DNA from: Eledone cirrhosa
Lineage: Eukaryota
Reading direction: 5' to 3'
NCBI GenBank assembly: GCA_964016885.1
Contig: OZ024743.1
Span: 307,644,001-307,708,000, forward strand
DNA: 64,000 nucleotides
Under the pieces are notes generated by a model. That model had not been told where the DNA came from and searched no databases. It saw nothing but the letters and a program-made list of their open reading frames with translations. Both the position numbers and the translations under genes were made by a program. Below are positions 24,480 through 36,400 of this stretch, piece by piece. Each line of letters starts with the position of its first letter. Positions within the stretch are counted from its first letter, which is position 1.

Positions 24480-27400
24480 TGTGTAAAGTTTGTGTCTGTA
24501 AAGGTTTGAAAGATAGGAGGTGAGCATGCCTTGCTGGATGTGTAAAGTTTGTGTCTGTAAAGGTTTGAAAGATAGGATGTGAGCATGCCTTGCTGGATGT
24601 CTAAAGTTTGTGTCTGTAAAGGTTTGAAAGATAGGTGGTGAGCATGCCTTGCTGGATGTGTAAAGTTTGTGTCTGTAAAGGTTTGAAAAATATGAGGTGA
24701 GCATGCCCTGCTGGATGTGTAAAGTTTGTGTCTGTAAAGGTTTGAAAGATAGGAGGTGAGCATGCCCTGCTGGATGTGTAAAGTTTGTGTCTGTAAAGGT
24801 TTGAAAGATAGGAGTTGAGCATGCCCTGCTGGATGTGTAAAGTTTGTGTCTGTAAATGTTTGAAAGATAGGTGAGCATGCCTTGCTTCATGTGTAAAGTT
24901 TGTGTCTGTAAAGGTTTGAAAGGTAGGAGGTGAGCATGCCCTGCTGGATGTGTAAAGTTTGTGTCTGTAAAGGTTTGAAAGATAGGAGGTGAGCATGCCT
25001 TGCTAGATGTGTAAAGTTTGTGTCTGTAAAGGTTTGAAAGATAGGAGGTGAGCATGCCTTGCTGGATGTGTAAAGTTTGTGTCTGTAAAGGTTTGAAAGA
25101 TAGGAGGTGAGCATGCCTTGCTGGATGTGTAAAGTTTGTGTCTGTAAAGGTTTGAAAGATAGGAGGTGAGCATGCCCTGCTGGATGTGTAAAGTTTGTGT
25201 CTGTAAAGGTTTGAAAGATAGGAGGTGAGCATGCCCTGCTGGATGTGTAAAGTGTGTGTCTGTAAAGGTTTGAAAGATAGGTGAGCATGCCTTGCTTCAT
25301 GTGTAAAGTTTGTCTGTAAAGGTTTGAAAGATAGGTGAGCATGCCTTGATGGATGTGTAATGTTTGTGTCTGTAAAGGTTTGAATGATAGGTGAGCATGC
25401 CTTGATGGATATGTAAAGTTTGTGTCTGTAAAGGTTTGAAAGATAGGAGGTGAGTATGCCCTGCTGGATGTGTAAAGTTTGTGTCTGTAAAGGTTTGAAA
25501 GATAGGTGAGCATGCCTTGATGGATGTGTAAAGTTTGTGTCTGTAAAGGTTTGAAAGATAGGTGAGCATGCCTTGATGGATGTGTAAAGTTTGTGTCTGT
25601 AAAGGTTTGAAAGATAGGTGAGCATGCCTTGATGGATGTGGAAAGTTTGTGTCTGTAAAGGTTTGAAAGATAGGAGGTGAGCATGCCCTGCTGGATGTGT
25701 AAAGTTTGTGTCTGTAAAGGTTTGAAAGATAGGTGAGCATGCCTTGATGGATGTGTAAAGTTTGTGTCTGTAAAGGTTTGAAAGATAGGTGAGCATGCCT
25801 TGATGGATGTGTAAAGTTTGTGTCTGTAAAGGTTTGAAAGATAGGAGGTGAGCATGCCTTGCTGGATGTGTAAAGTTTGTGTCTGTAAAGGTTTGAAAGA
25901 TAGGAGGTGAGCATGCCTTGATGGATGTGTAAAGTTTGTGTCTGTAAAGGTTTGAAAGATAGGAGATGAGCATGCCTTGCTGGATGTGTGAAGTTTGTGT
26001 CTGTAAAGGTTTGAAAGATAGGAGGTGAGCATGCCTTGCTGGATGTGTAAAGTTTGTGTCTGTAAAGGTTTGAAAGATAGGAGGTGAGCATGCCTTGCTG
26101 GATGTGTAAAGTTTGTGTCTGTAAAGGTTTGAAAGATATGAGGTGAGCATGCCCTGCTGGATGTGTAAAGTTTGTGTCTGTAAAGGTTTGAAAGATAGGT
26201 GAGCATGCCTTGCTGGATGTGTAAAGGTTTGAAAGATAGGAGGTGAGCATGCCCTGCTGGATGTGTAAAGTTTGTGTCTGTAAAGGTTTGAAAGATAGGA
26301 GGTGAGCATGCCTTGCTGGATGTGTAAAGTTTGTGTCTGTAAAGGTTTGAAAGATATGAGGTGAGCATGCCATGCTGGATGTGTAAAATTTGTGTCTGTA
26401 AAGGTTTGAAAGATAGGTGAGCATGCCTTGTTGGATGTGTAAAGTTTGTGTCTGTAAAGGTTTGAAAGATAGGAGGTGAGCATGCCCTGCTGGATGTGTA
26501 AAGTTTGTGTCTGTAAAGGTTTGAAAGATAGGAGGTGAGCATGCCTTGCTGGATGTGTAAAGTTTGTGTCTGTAAAGGTTTGAAAGATAGGTGAGCATGC
26601 CTTGCTGGATGTGTAAAGTTTGTGTCTGTAAAGGTTTGAAAGATAGGAGGTGAGCATGCCCTGCTGGATGTGTAAAGTTTGTGTCTGTAAAGGTTTGAAA
26701 GATAGGTGAGCATGCCTTGATGGATGTGTAAAGTTTGTGTCTGTAAAGGTTTGAAAGATAGGTGAGCATGCCTTGATGGATGTGTAAAGTTTGTGTCTGT
26801 AAAGGTTTGAAAGATAGGAGGTGAGCATGCCTTGCTGGATGTGTAAAGTTTGTGTCTGTAAAGGTTTGAAAGATAGGAGGTGAGCATCCCTTGATGGATG
26901 TGTAAAGTTTGTGTCTGTAAAGGTTTGAAAGATAGGAGGTGAGCATGCCTTGCTGGATGTGTGAAGTTTGTGTCTGTAAAGGTTTGAAAGATAGGAGGTG
27001 AGCATGCCTTGCTGGATGTGTAAAGTTTGTGTCTGTAAAGGTTTGAAAGATAGGAGGTGAGCATGCCTTGCTGGATGTGTAAAGTTTGTGTCTGTAAAGG
27101 TTTGAAAGATTTGAGGTGAGCATGCCCTGCTGGATGTGTAAAGTTTGTGTCTGTAAAGGTTTGAAAGATAGGTGAGCATGCCTTGCTGGATGTGTAAAGT
27201 TTGTGTCTGTAAAGGTTTGAAAGATAGGAGGTGAGCATGCCCTGCTGGATGTGTAAAGTTTGTGTCTGTAAAGGTTTGAAAGATAGGAGGTGAGCATGCC
27301 TTGCTGGATGTGTAAAGTTTGTGTCTGTAAAGGTTTGAAAGATATGAGGTGAGCATGCCATGCTGGATGTGTAAAATTTGTGTCTGTAAAGGTTTGAAAG

Positions 27401-30400
27401 ATAGGTGAGCATGCCTTGCTGGATGTGTAAAGTTTGTGTCTGTAAAGGTTTGAAAGATAGGAGGTGAGCATGCCCTGCTGGATGTGTAAAGTTTGTGTCT
27501 GTAAAGGTTTGAAAGATAGGAGGTGAGCATGCCTTGCTGGATGTGTAAAGTTTGTGTCTGTAACGGTTTGAAAGATAGGTGAGCATGCCCTGCTGGATGT
27601 GTAAAGTTTGTGTCTGTAAAGGTTTGAAAGATAGGTGAGCATGCTCTGCTGGATGTGTAACGTTTGTGACTGTAAAGGTTTGAAAGATAGGTGAGCATAC
27701 CTTGCTGGATGTGTAAAGTTTGTGTCTGTAAAGGTTTGAAAGATAGGAGGTGAGCATGCCTTGCTGGATGTGTAAAGTTTGTGTCTGTAAAGGTTTGAAA
27801 GATAGGTGAGCATGCCTTGCTGGATGTGTAAAGTTTGTGTCTGTAAAGGTTTGAAAGATAGGAGGTGAGCATGCCCTGCTGGATGTGTAAAGTTTGTGTC
27901 TGTAAAGGTTTGAAAGATAGGTGAGCATGCCTTGCTGGATGTGTAAAGTTTGTGTCTGTAAAGGTTTGAAAGATGGGAGGTGAGCATGCCCTGCTGGATG
28001 TGTAAAGTTTGTGTCTGTAAAGGTTTGAAAGATAGGAGGTGAGCATGCCCTGCTGGATGTGTAAAGTTTGTGTCTGTAAAGGTTTGAAAGATAGGAGGTG
28101 AGCATGTCCTGCTGGATGTGTAAAGTTTGTGTCTGTAAAGGTTTGAAAGATAGGAGGTGAGCATGTCCTGCTGGATGTGTAAAGTTTGTGTCGGTAAAGG
28201 TTTGAAAGATAGGTGAGCATGCCTTGCTGGATGTGTAAAGTTTGTGTCTGTCAAGGTTTGAAAGATAGGAGGTGAGCATGCCTTGCTGGATGTGTAATGT
28301 TTGTGTCTGTAAAGGTTTGAAAGATAGGAGGTGAGCATGCCTTGCTGGATGTGTAAAGTTTGTGTCTGTAAAGGTTTGAAAGATAGGAGGTGAGCATGCC
28401 TTGCTGGATGTGTAAAGTTTGTGTCTGTAAAGGTTTGAAAGATAGGATGTGAGCATGCCTTGCTGGATGTGTAAAGTTTGTGTCTGTAAAGCTTTGAAAG
28501 ATAGGTGGTGAGCATGCCTTGCTGGATGTGTAAAGTTTGTGTCTGTAAAGGTTTGAAAGGTAGGAGGTGAGCATGCCTTGCTGGATGTGTAAAGTTTGTG
28601 TCTGTAAAGGTTTGAAAGATATGAGGTGAGCATGCCCTGCTGGATGTGTAAAGTTTGTGTCTGTGAAGGTTTGAAAGATATGAGGTGAGCATGCCCTGCT
28701 GGATGTGTAAAGTTTGTGTCTGTAAAGGTTTGAAAGATAGGTGAGCATGCCTTGCTTCATGTGTAAAGTTTGTGTCTGTAAAGGTTTGAAAGATAGGAGG
28801 TGAGCATGCCTTGCTGGATGTGTAAAGTTTGTGTCTGTAAATGTTTGAAAGATAGGAGGTGAGCATGCCCTGCTGGATTTGTAAAGTTTGTGTCTGTAAA
28901 GGTTTGAAAGATAGGAGGTGAGCATGCCCTGCTGGATGTATAAAGTTTGTGTCTGTAAATGTTTGAAAGATAGGTGAGCATGCCTTGCTTCATGTGTAAA
29001 GTTTGTGTCTGTAAAGGTTTGAAAGATAGGAGGTGAGCGTGCCTTGCTGGATGTGTAAAGTTTGTGTCTGTAAAGGTTTGAAAGACAGGAGGTGAGCATG
29101 CCTTGCTGGATGTGTAAAGTTTGTGCCTGTAAAGGTTTGAAAGACAGGAGGTGAGCATGCCTTGCTGGACGTGTAAAGTTTGTGTCTGTAAAGGTTTGAA
29201 AGATAGGAGGTGAGCATGCCTTGCTAGATGTGTAAAGTTTGTGTCTGTAAAGGTTTGAAAGATAGGTGAGCATGCCTTGATGGATGTGTAAAGTTTGTGT
29301 CTGTAAAGGTTTGAAAGATAGGAGGTGAGTATGCCCTGCTGGATGTGTAAAGTTTGTGTCTGTAAAGGTTTGAAAGATAGGAGGTGAGCATGCCTTGCTA
29401 GATGTGTAAAGTTTGTGTCTGTAAAGGTTTGAAAGATAGGAGGTGAACATGCCTTGCTGGATGTGTAAACTTTGTGTCTGTAAAGGTTTGAAAGATAGGA
29501 GGTGAGCATGCCCTGCTGGATGTGTAAAGTTTGTGTCTGTAAAGGTTTGAAAGATAGGAGGTGAGCATGCCTTGCTGGATGTGTAAAGTTTGTGTCTGTA
29601 AAGGTTTGAAAGATAGGAGGTGAGCATGCCCTGCTGGATGTGTAAAGTTTGTGTCTGTAAAGGTTTGAAAGATAGGAGGTGAGCATGCCCTGCTGGATGT
29701 GTAAAGTGTGTGTCTGTAAAGGTTTGAAAGATAGGTGAGCATGCCTTGCTTCATGTGTAAAGTTTGTCTGTAAAGGTTTGAAAGATAGGTGAGCATGCCT
29801 TGATGGATGTGTAATGTTTGTGTCTGTAAAGGTTTGAATGATAGGTGAGCATGCCTTGATGGATATGTAAAGTTTGTGTCTGTAAAGGTTTGAAAGATAG
29901 GAGGTGAGTATGCCCTGCTGGATGTGTAAAGTTTGTGTCTGTAAAGGTTTGAAAGATAGGTGAGCATGCCTTGATGGATGTGTAAAGTTTGTGTCTGTAA
30001 AGGTTTGAAAGATAGGAGGTGAGCATGCCTTGCTGGATGTGTAAAGTTTGTGTCTGTAAAGGTTTGAAAGATAGGAGGTGAGCATCCCTTGATGGATGTG
30101 TAAAGTTTGTGTCTGTAAAGGTTTGAAAGATAGGAGGTGAGCATGCCTTGCTGGATGTGTGAAGTTTGTGTCTGTAAAGGTTTGAAAGATAGGAGGTGAG
30201 CATGCCCTGCTGGATGTGTAAAGTTTGTGTCTGTAAAGGTTTGAAAGATAGGTGAGTATGCCTTGCTGGATGTGTAAAGTTTGTGTCTGTAAAGGTTTGA
30301 AAGATAGGAGGTGAGCATGCCCTGCTGGATGTGTAAAGTTTGTGTCTGTAAAGGTTTGAAAGATAGGAGGTGAGCATGCCTTGCTGGATGTGTAAAGTTT

Positions 30401-33400
30401 GTGTCTGTAAAGGTTTGAAAGATATGAGGTGAGCATGCCATGCTGGATGTGTAAAATTTGTGTCTGTAAAGGTTTGAAAGATAGGTGAGCATGCCTTGCT
30501 GGATGTGTAAAGTTTGTGTCTGTAAAGGTTTGAAAGATAGGAGGTGAGCATGCCCTGCTGGATGTGTAAAGTTTGCGTCTGTAAAGGTTTGAAAGATAGG
30601 AGGTGAGCATGCCTTGCTGGATGTGTAAAGTTTGTGTCTGTAACGGTTTGAAAGATAGGTGAGCATGCCCTGCTGGATGTGTAAAGTTTGTGTCTGTAAA
30701 GGTTTGAAAGATAGGTGAGCATGCTCTGCTGGATGTGTAACGTTTGTGACTGTAAAGGTTTGAAAGATAGGTGAGCATACCTTGCTGGATGTGTAAAGTT
30801 TGTGTCTGTAAAGGTTTGAAAGATAGGAGGTGAGCATGCCTTGCTGGATGTGTAAAGTTTGTGTCTGTAAAGGTTTGAAAGATAGGTGAGCATGCCTTGC
30901 TGGATGTGTAAAGTTTGTGTCTGTAAAGGTTTGAAAGATAGGAGGTGAGCATGCCCTGCTGGATGTGTAAAGTTTGTGTCTGTAAAGGTTTGAAAGATAG
31001 GTGAGCATGCCTTGCTGGATGTGTAAAGTTTGTGTCTGTAAAGGTTTGAAAGATGGGAGGTGAGCATGCCCTGCTGGATGTGTAAAGTTTGTGTCTGTAA
31101 AGGTTTGAAAGATAGGAGGTGAGCATGCCCTGCTGGATGTGTAAAGTTTGTGTCTGTAAAGGTTTGAAAGATAGGAGGTGAGCATGTCCTGCTGGATGTG
31201 TAAAGTTTGTGTCTGTAAAGGTTTGAAAGATAGGAGGTGAGCATGTCCTGCTGGATGTGTAAAGTTTGTGTCGGTAAAGGTTTGAAAGATAGGTGAGCAT
31301 GCCTTGCTGGATGTGTAAAGTTTGTGTCTGTCAAGGTTTGAAAGATAGGAGGTGAGCATGCCTTGCTGGATGTGTAATGTTTGTGTCTGTAAAGGTTTGA
31401 AAGATAGGAGGTGAGCATGCCTTGCTGGATGTGTAAAGTTTGTGTCTGTAAAGGTTTGAAAGATAGGAGGTGAGCATGCCTTGCTGGATGTGTAAAGTTT
31501 GTGTCTGTAAAGGTTTGAAAGATAGGATGTGAGCATGCCTTGCTGGATGTGTAAAGTTTGTGTCTGTAAAGGTTTGAAAGATAGGTGGTGAGCATGCCTT
31601 GCTGGATGTGTAAAGTTTGTGTCTGTAAAGGTTTGAAAGGTAGGAGGTGAGCATGCCTTGCTGGATGTGTAAAGTTTGTGTCTGTAAAGGTTTGAAAGAT
31701 ATGAGGTGAGCATGCCCTGCTGGATGTGTAAAGTTTGTGTCTGTGAAGGTTTGAAAGATATGAGGTGAGCATGCCCTGCTGGATGTGTAAAGTTTGTGTC
31801 TGTAAAGGTTTGAAAGATAGGTGAGCATGCCTTGCTTCATGTGTAAAGTTTGTGTCTGTAAAGGTTTGAAAGATAGGAGGTGAGCATGCCTTGCTGGATG
31901 TGTAAAGTTTGTGTCTGTAAAGGTTTGAAAGATAGGAGGTGAGCATGCCCTGCTGGATGTGTAAAGTTTGTGTCTGTAAAGGTTTGAAAGATAGGAGGTG
32001 AGCATGCCCTGCTGGATGTATAAAGTTTGTGTCTGTAAATGTTTGAAAGATAGGTGAGCATGCCTTGCTTCATGTGTAAAGTTTGTGTCTGTAAAGGTTT
32101 GAAAGATAGGAGGTGAGCGTGCCTTGCTGGATGTGTAAAGTTTGTGTCTGTAAAGGTTTGAAAGACAGGAGGTGAGCATGCCTTGCTGGATGTGTAAAGT
32201 TTGTGTCTGTAAAGGTTTGAAAGATAGGAGGTGAGCATGCCCTGCTGGATGTGTAAAGTTTGTGTCTGTAAAGGTTTGAAAGACAGGAGGTGAGCATGCC
32301 TTGCTGGATGTGTAAAGTTTGTGTCTGTAAAGGTTTGAAAGACAGGAGGTGAGCATGCCTTGCTGGACGTGTAAAGTTTGTGTCTGTAAAGGTTTGAAAG
32401 ATAGGAGGTGAGCATGCCTTGCTAGATGTGTAAAGTTTGTGTCTGTAAAGGTTTGAAAGATAGGTGAGCATGCCTTGATGGATGTGTAAAGTTTGTGTCT
32501 GTAAAGGTTTGAAAGATAGGAGGTGAGTATGCCCTGCTGGATGTGTAAAGTTTGTGTCTGTAAAGGTTTGAAAGATAGGAGGTGAGCATGCCTTGCTAGA
32601 TGTGTAAAGTTTGTGTCTGTAAAGGTTTGAAAGATAGGAGGTGAACATGCCTTGCTGGATGTGTAAACTTTGTGTCTGTAAAGGTTTGAAAGATAGGAGG
32701 TGAGCATGCCCTGCTGGATGTGTAAAGTTTGTGTCTGTAAAGGTTTGAAAGATAGGAGGTGAGCATGCCTTGCTGGATGTGTAAAGTTTGTGTCTGTAAA
32801 GGTTTGAAAGATAGGAGGTGAGCATGCCCTGCTGGATGTGTAAAGTGTGTGTCTGTAAAGGTTTGAAAGATAGGTGAGCATGCCTTGCTTCATGTGTAAA
32901 GTTTGTCTGTAAAGGTTTGAAAGATAGGTGAGCATGCCTTGATGGATGTGTAATGTTTGTGTCTGTAAAGGTTTGAATGATAGGTGAGCATGCCTTGATG
33001 GATATGTAAAGTTTGTGTCTGTAAAGGTTTGAAAGATAGGAGGTGAGTATGCCCTGCTGGATGTGTAAAGTTTGTGTCTGTAAAGGTTTGAAAGATAGGT
33101 GAGCATGCCTTGATGGATGTGTAATGTTTGTGTCTGTAAAGGTTTGAAAGATAGGTGAGCATGCCTTGATGGATGTGTAAAGTTTGTGTCTGTAAAGGTT
33201 TGAAAGATAGGTGAGCATGCCTTGATGGATGTGTAAAGTTTGTGTCTGTAAAGGTTTGAAAGATAGGAGGTGAGCATGCCCTGCTGGATGTGTAAAGTTT
33301 GTGTCTGTAAAGGTTTGAAAGATAGGTGAGCATGCCTTGATGGATGTGTAAAGTTTGTGTCTGTAAAGGTTTGAAAGATAGGTGAGCATGCCTTGATGGA

Positions 33401-36400
33401 TGTGTAAAGTTTGTGTCTGTAAAGGTTTGAAAGATAGGAGGTGAGCATGCCTTGCTGGATGTGTAAAGTTTGTGTCTGTAAAGGTTTGAAAGATAGGAGG
33501 TGAGCATGCCTTGATGGATGTGTAAAGTTTGTGTCTGTAAAGGTTTGAAAGATAGGAGGTGAGCATGCCTTGCTGGATGTGTGAAGTTTGTGTCTGTAAA
33601 GGTTTGAAAGATAGGAGGTGAGCATGCCTTGCTGGATGTGTAAAGTTTGTGTCTGTAAAGGTTTGAAAGATAGGAGGTGAGCATGCCTTGCTGGATGTGT
33701 AAAGTTTGTGTCTGTAAAGGTTTGAAAGATATGAGGTGAGCATGCCCTGCTGGATGTGTAAAGTTTGTGTCTGTAAAGGTTTGAAAGATAGGTGAGCATG
33801 CCTTGCTGGATGTGTAAAGTTTGTGTCTGTAAAGGTTTGAAAGATAGGAGGTGAGCATGCCCTGCTGGATGTGTAAAGTTTGTGTCTGTAAAGGTTTGAA
33901 AGATAGGAGGTGAGCATGCCTTGCTGGATGTGTAAAGTTTGTGTCTGTAAAGGTTTGAAAGATATGAGGTGAGCATGCCATGCTGGATGTGTAAAATTTG
34001 TGTCTGTAAAGGTTTGAAAGATAGGTGAGCATGCCTTGTTGGATGTGTAAAGTTTGTGTCTGTAAAGGTTTGAAAGATAGGTGAGCATGCCCTGCTGGAT
34101 GTGTAAAGTTTGTGTCTGTAAAGGTTTGAAAGATAGGAGGTGAGCATGCCTTGCTGGATGTGTAAAGTTTGTGTCTGTAAAGGTTTGAAAGATAGGTGAG
34201 CATGCCTTGCTGGATGTGTAAAGTTTGTGTCTGTAAAGGTTTGAAAGATAGGAGGTGAGCATGCCCTGCTGGATGTGTAAAGTTTGTGTCTGTAAAGGTT
34301 TGAAAGATAGGTGAGCATGCCTTGATGGATGTGTAAAGTTTGTGTCTGTAAAGGTTTGAAAGATAGGTGAGCATGCCTTGATGGATGTGTAAAGTTTGTG
34401 TCTGTAAAGGTTTGAAAGATAGGAGGTGAGCATGCCTTGCTGGATGTGTAAAGTTTGTGTCTGTAAAGGTTTGAAAGATAGGAGGTGAGCATCCCTTGAT
34501 GGATGTGTAAAGTTTGTGTCTGTAAAGGTTTGAAAGATAGGAGGTGAGCATGCCTTGCTGGATGTGTGAAGTTTGTGTCTGTAAAGGTTTGAAAGATAGG
34601 AGGTGAGCATGCCTTGCTGGATGTGTAAAGTTTGTGTCTGTAAAGGTTTGAAAGATAGGAGGTGAGCATGCCTTGCTGGATGTGTAAAGTTTGTGTCTGT
34701 AAAGGTTTGAAAGATATGAGGTGAGCATGCCCTGCTGGATGTGTAAAGTTTGTGTCTGTAAAGGTTTGAAAGATAGGTGAGCATGCCTTGCTGGATGTGT
34801 AAAGTTTGTGTCTGTAAAGGTTTGAAAGATAGGAGGTGAGCATGCCTTGCTGGATGTGTAAAGTTTGTGTCTGTAAAGGTTTGAAAGATAGGACGTGAGC
34901 ATGCCTTGCTGGATGTCTAAAGTTTGTGTCTGTAAAGGTTTGAAAGATAGGTGGTGAGCATGCCTTGCTGGATGTGTAAAGTTTGTGTCTGTAAAGGTTT
35001 GAAAAATATGAGGTGAGCATGCCCTGCTGGATGTGTAAAGTTTGTGTCTGTAAAGGTTTGAAAGATAGGAGGTGAGCATGCCCTGCTGGATGTGTAAAGT
35101 TTGTGTCTGTAAAGGTTTGAAAGATAGGAGTTGAGCATGCCCTGCTGGATGTGTAAAGTTTGTGTCTGTAAATGTTTGAAAGATAGGTGAGCATGCCTTG
35201 CTTCATGTGTAAAGTTTGTGTCTGTAAAGGTTTGAAAGGTAGGAGGTGAGCATGCCCTGCTGGATGTGTAAAGTTTGTGTCTGTAAAGGTTTGAAAGATA
35301 GGAGGTGAGCATGCCTTGCTAGATGTGTAAAGTTTGTGTCTGTAAAGGTTTGAAAGATAGGAGGTGAGCATGCCTTGCTGGATGTGTAAAGTTTGTGTCT
35401 GTAAAGGTTTGAAAGATAGGAGGTGAGCATGCCTTGCTGGATGTGTAAAGTTTGTGTCTGTAAAGGTTTGAAAGATAGGAGGTGAGCATGCCCTGCTGGA
35501 TGTGTAAAGTTTGTGTCTGTAAAGGTTTGAAAGATAGGAGGTGAGCATGCCCTGCTGGATGTGTAAAGTGTGTGTCTGTAAAGGTTTGAAAGATAGGTGA
35601 GCATGCCTTGCTTCATGTGTAAAGTTTGTCTGTAAAGGTTTGAAAGATAGGTGAGCATGCCTTGATGGATGTGTAATGTTTGTGTCTGTAAAGGTTTGAA
35701 TGATAGGTGAGCATGCCTTGATGGATATGTAAAGTTTGTGTCTGTAAAGGTTTGAAAGATAGGAGGTGAGTATGCCCTGCTGGATGTGTAAAGTTTGTGT
35801 CTGTAAAGGTTTGAAAGATAGGTGAGCATGCCTTGATGGATGTGTAAAGTTTGTGTCTGTAAAGGTTTGAAAGATAGGTGAGCATGCCTTGATGGATGTG
35901 TAAAGTTTGTGTCTGTAAAGGTTTGAAAGATAGGTGAGCATGCCTTGATGGATGTGGAAAGTTTGTGTCTGTAAAGGTTTGAAAGATAGGAGGTGAGCAT
36001 GCCCTGCTGGATGTGTAAAGTTTGTGTCTGTAAAGGTTTGAAAGATAGGTGAGCATGCCTTGATGGATGTGTAAAGTTTGTGTCTGTAAAGGTTTGAAAG
36101 ATAGGTGAGCATGCCTTGATGGATGTGTAAAGTTTGTGTCTGTAAAGGTTTGAAAGATAGGAGGTGAGCATGCCTTGCTGGATGTGTAAAGTTTGTGTCT
36201 GTAAAGGTTTGAAAGATAGGAGGTGAGCATGCCTTGATGGATGTGTAAAGTTTGTGTCTGTAAAGGTTTGAAAGATAGGAGATGAGCATGCCTTGCTGGA
36301 TGTGTGAAGTTTGTGTCTGTAAAGGTTTGAAAGATAGGAGGTGAGCATGCCTTGCTGGATGTGTAAAGTTTGTGTCTGTAAAGGTTTGAAAGATAGGAGG

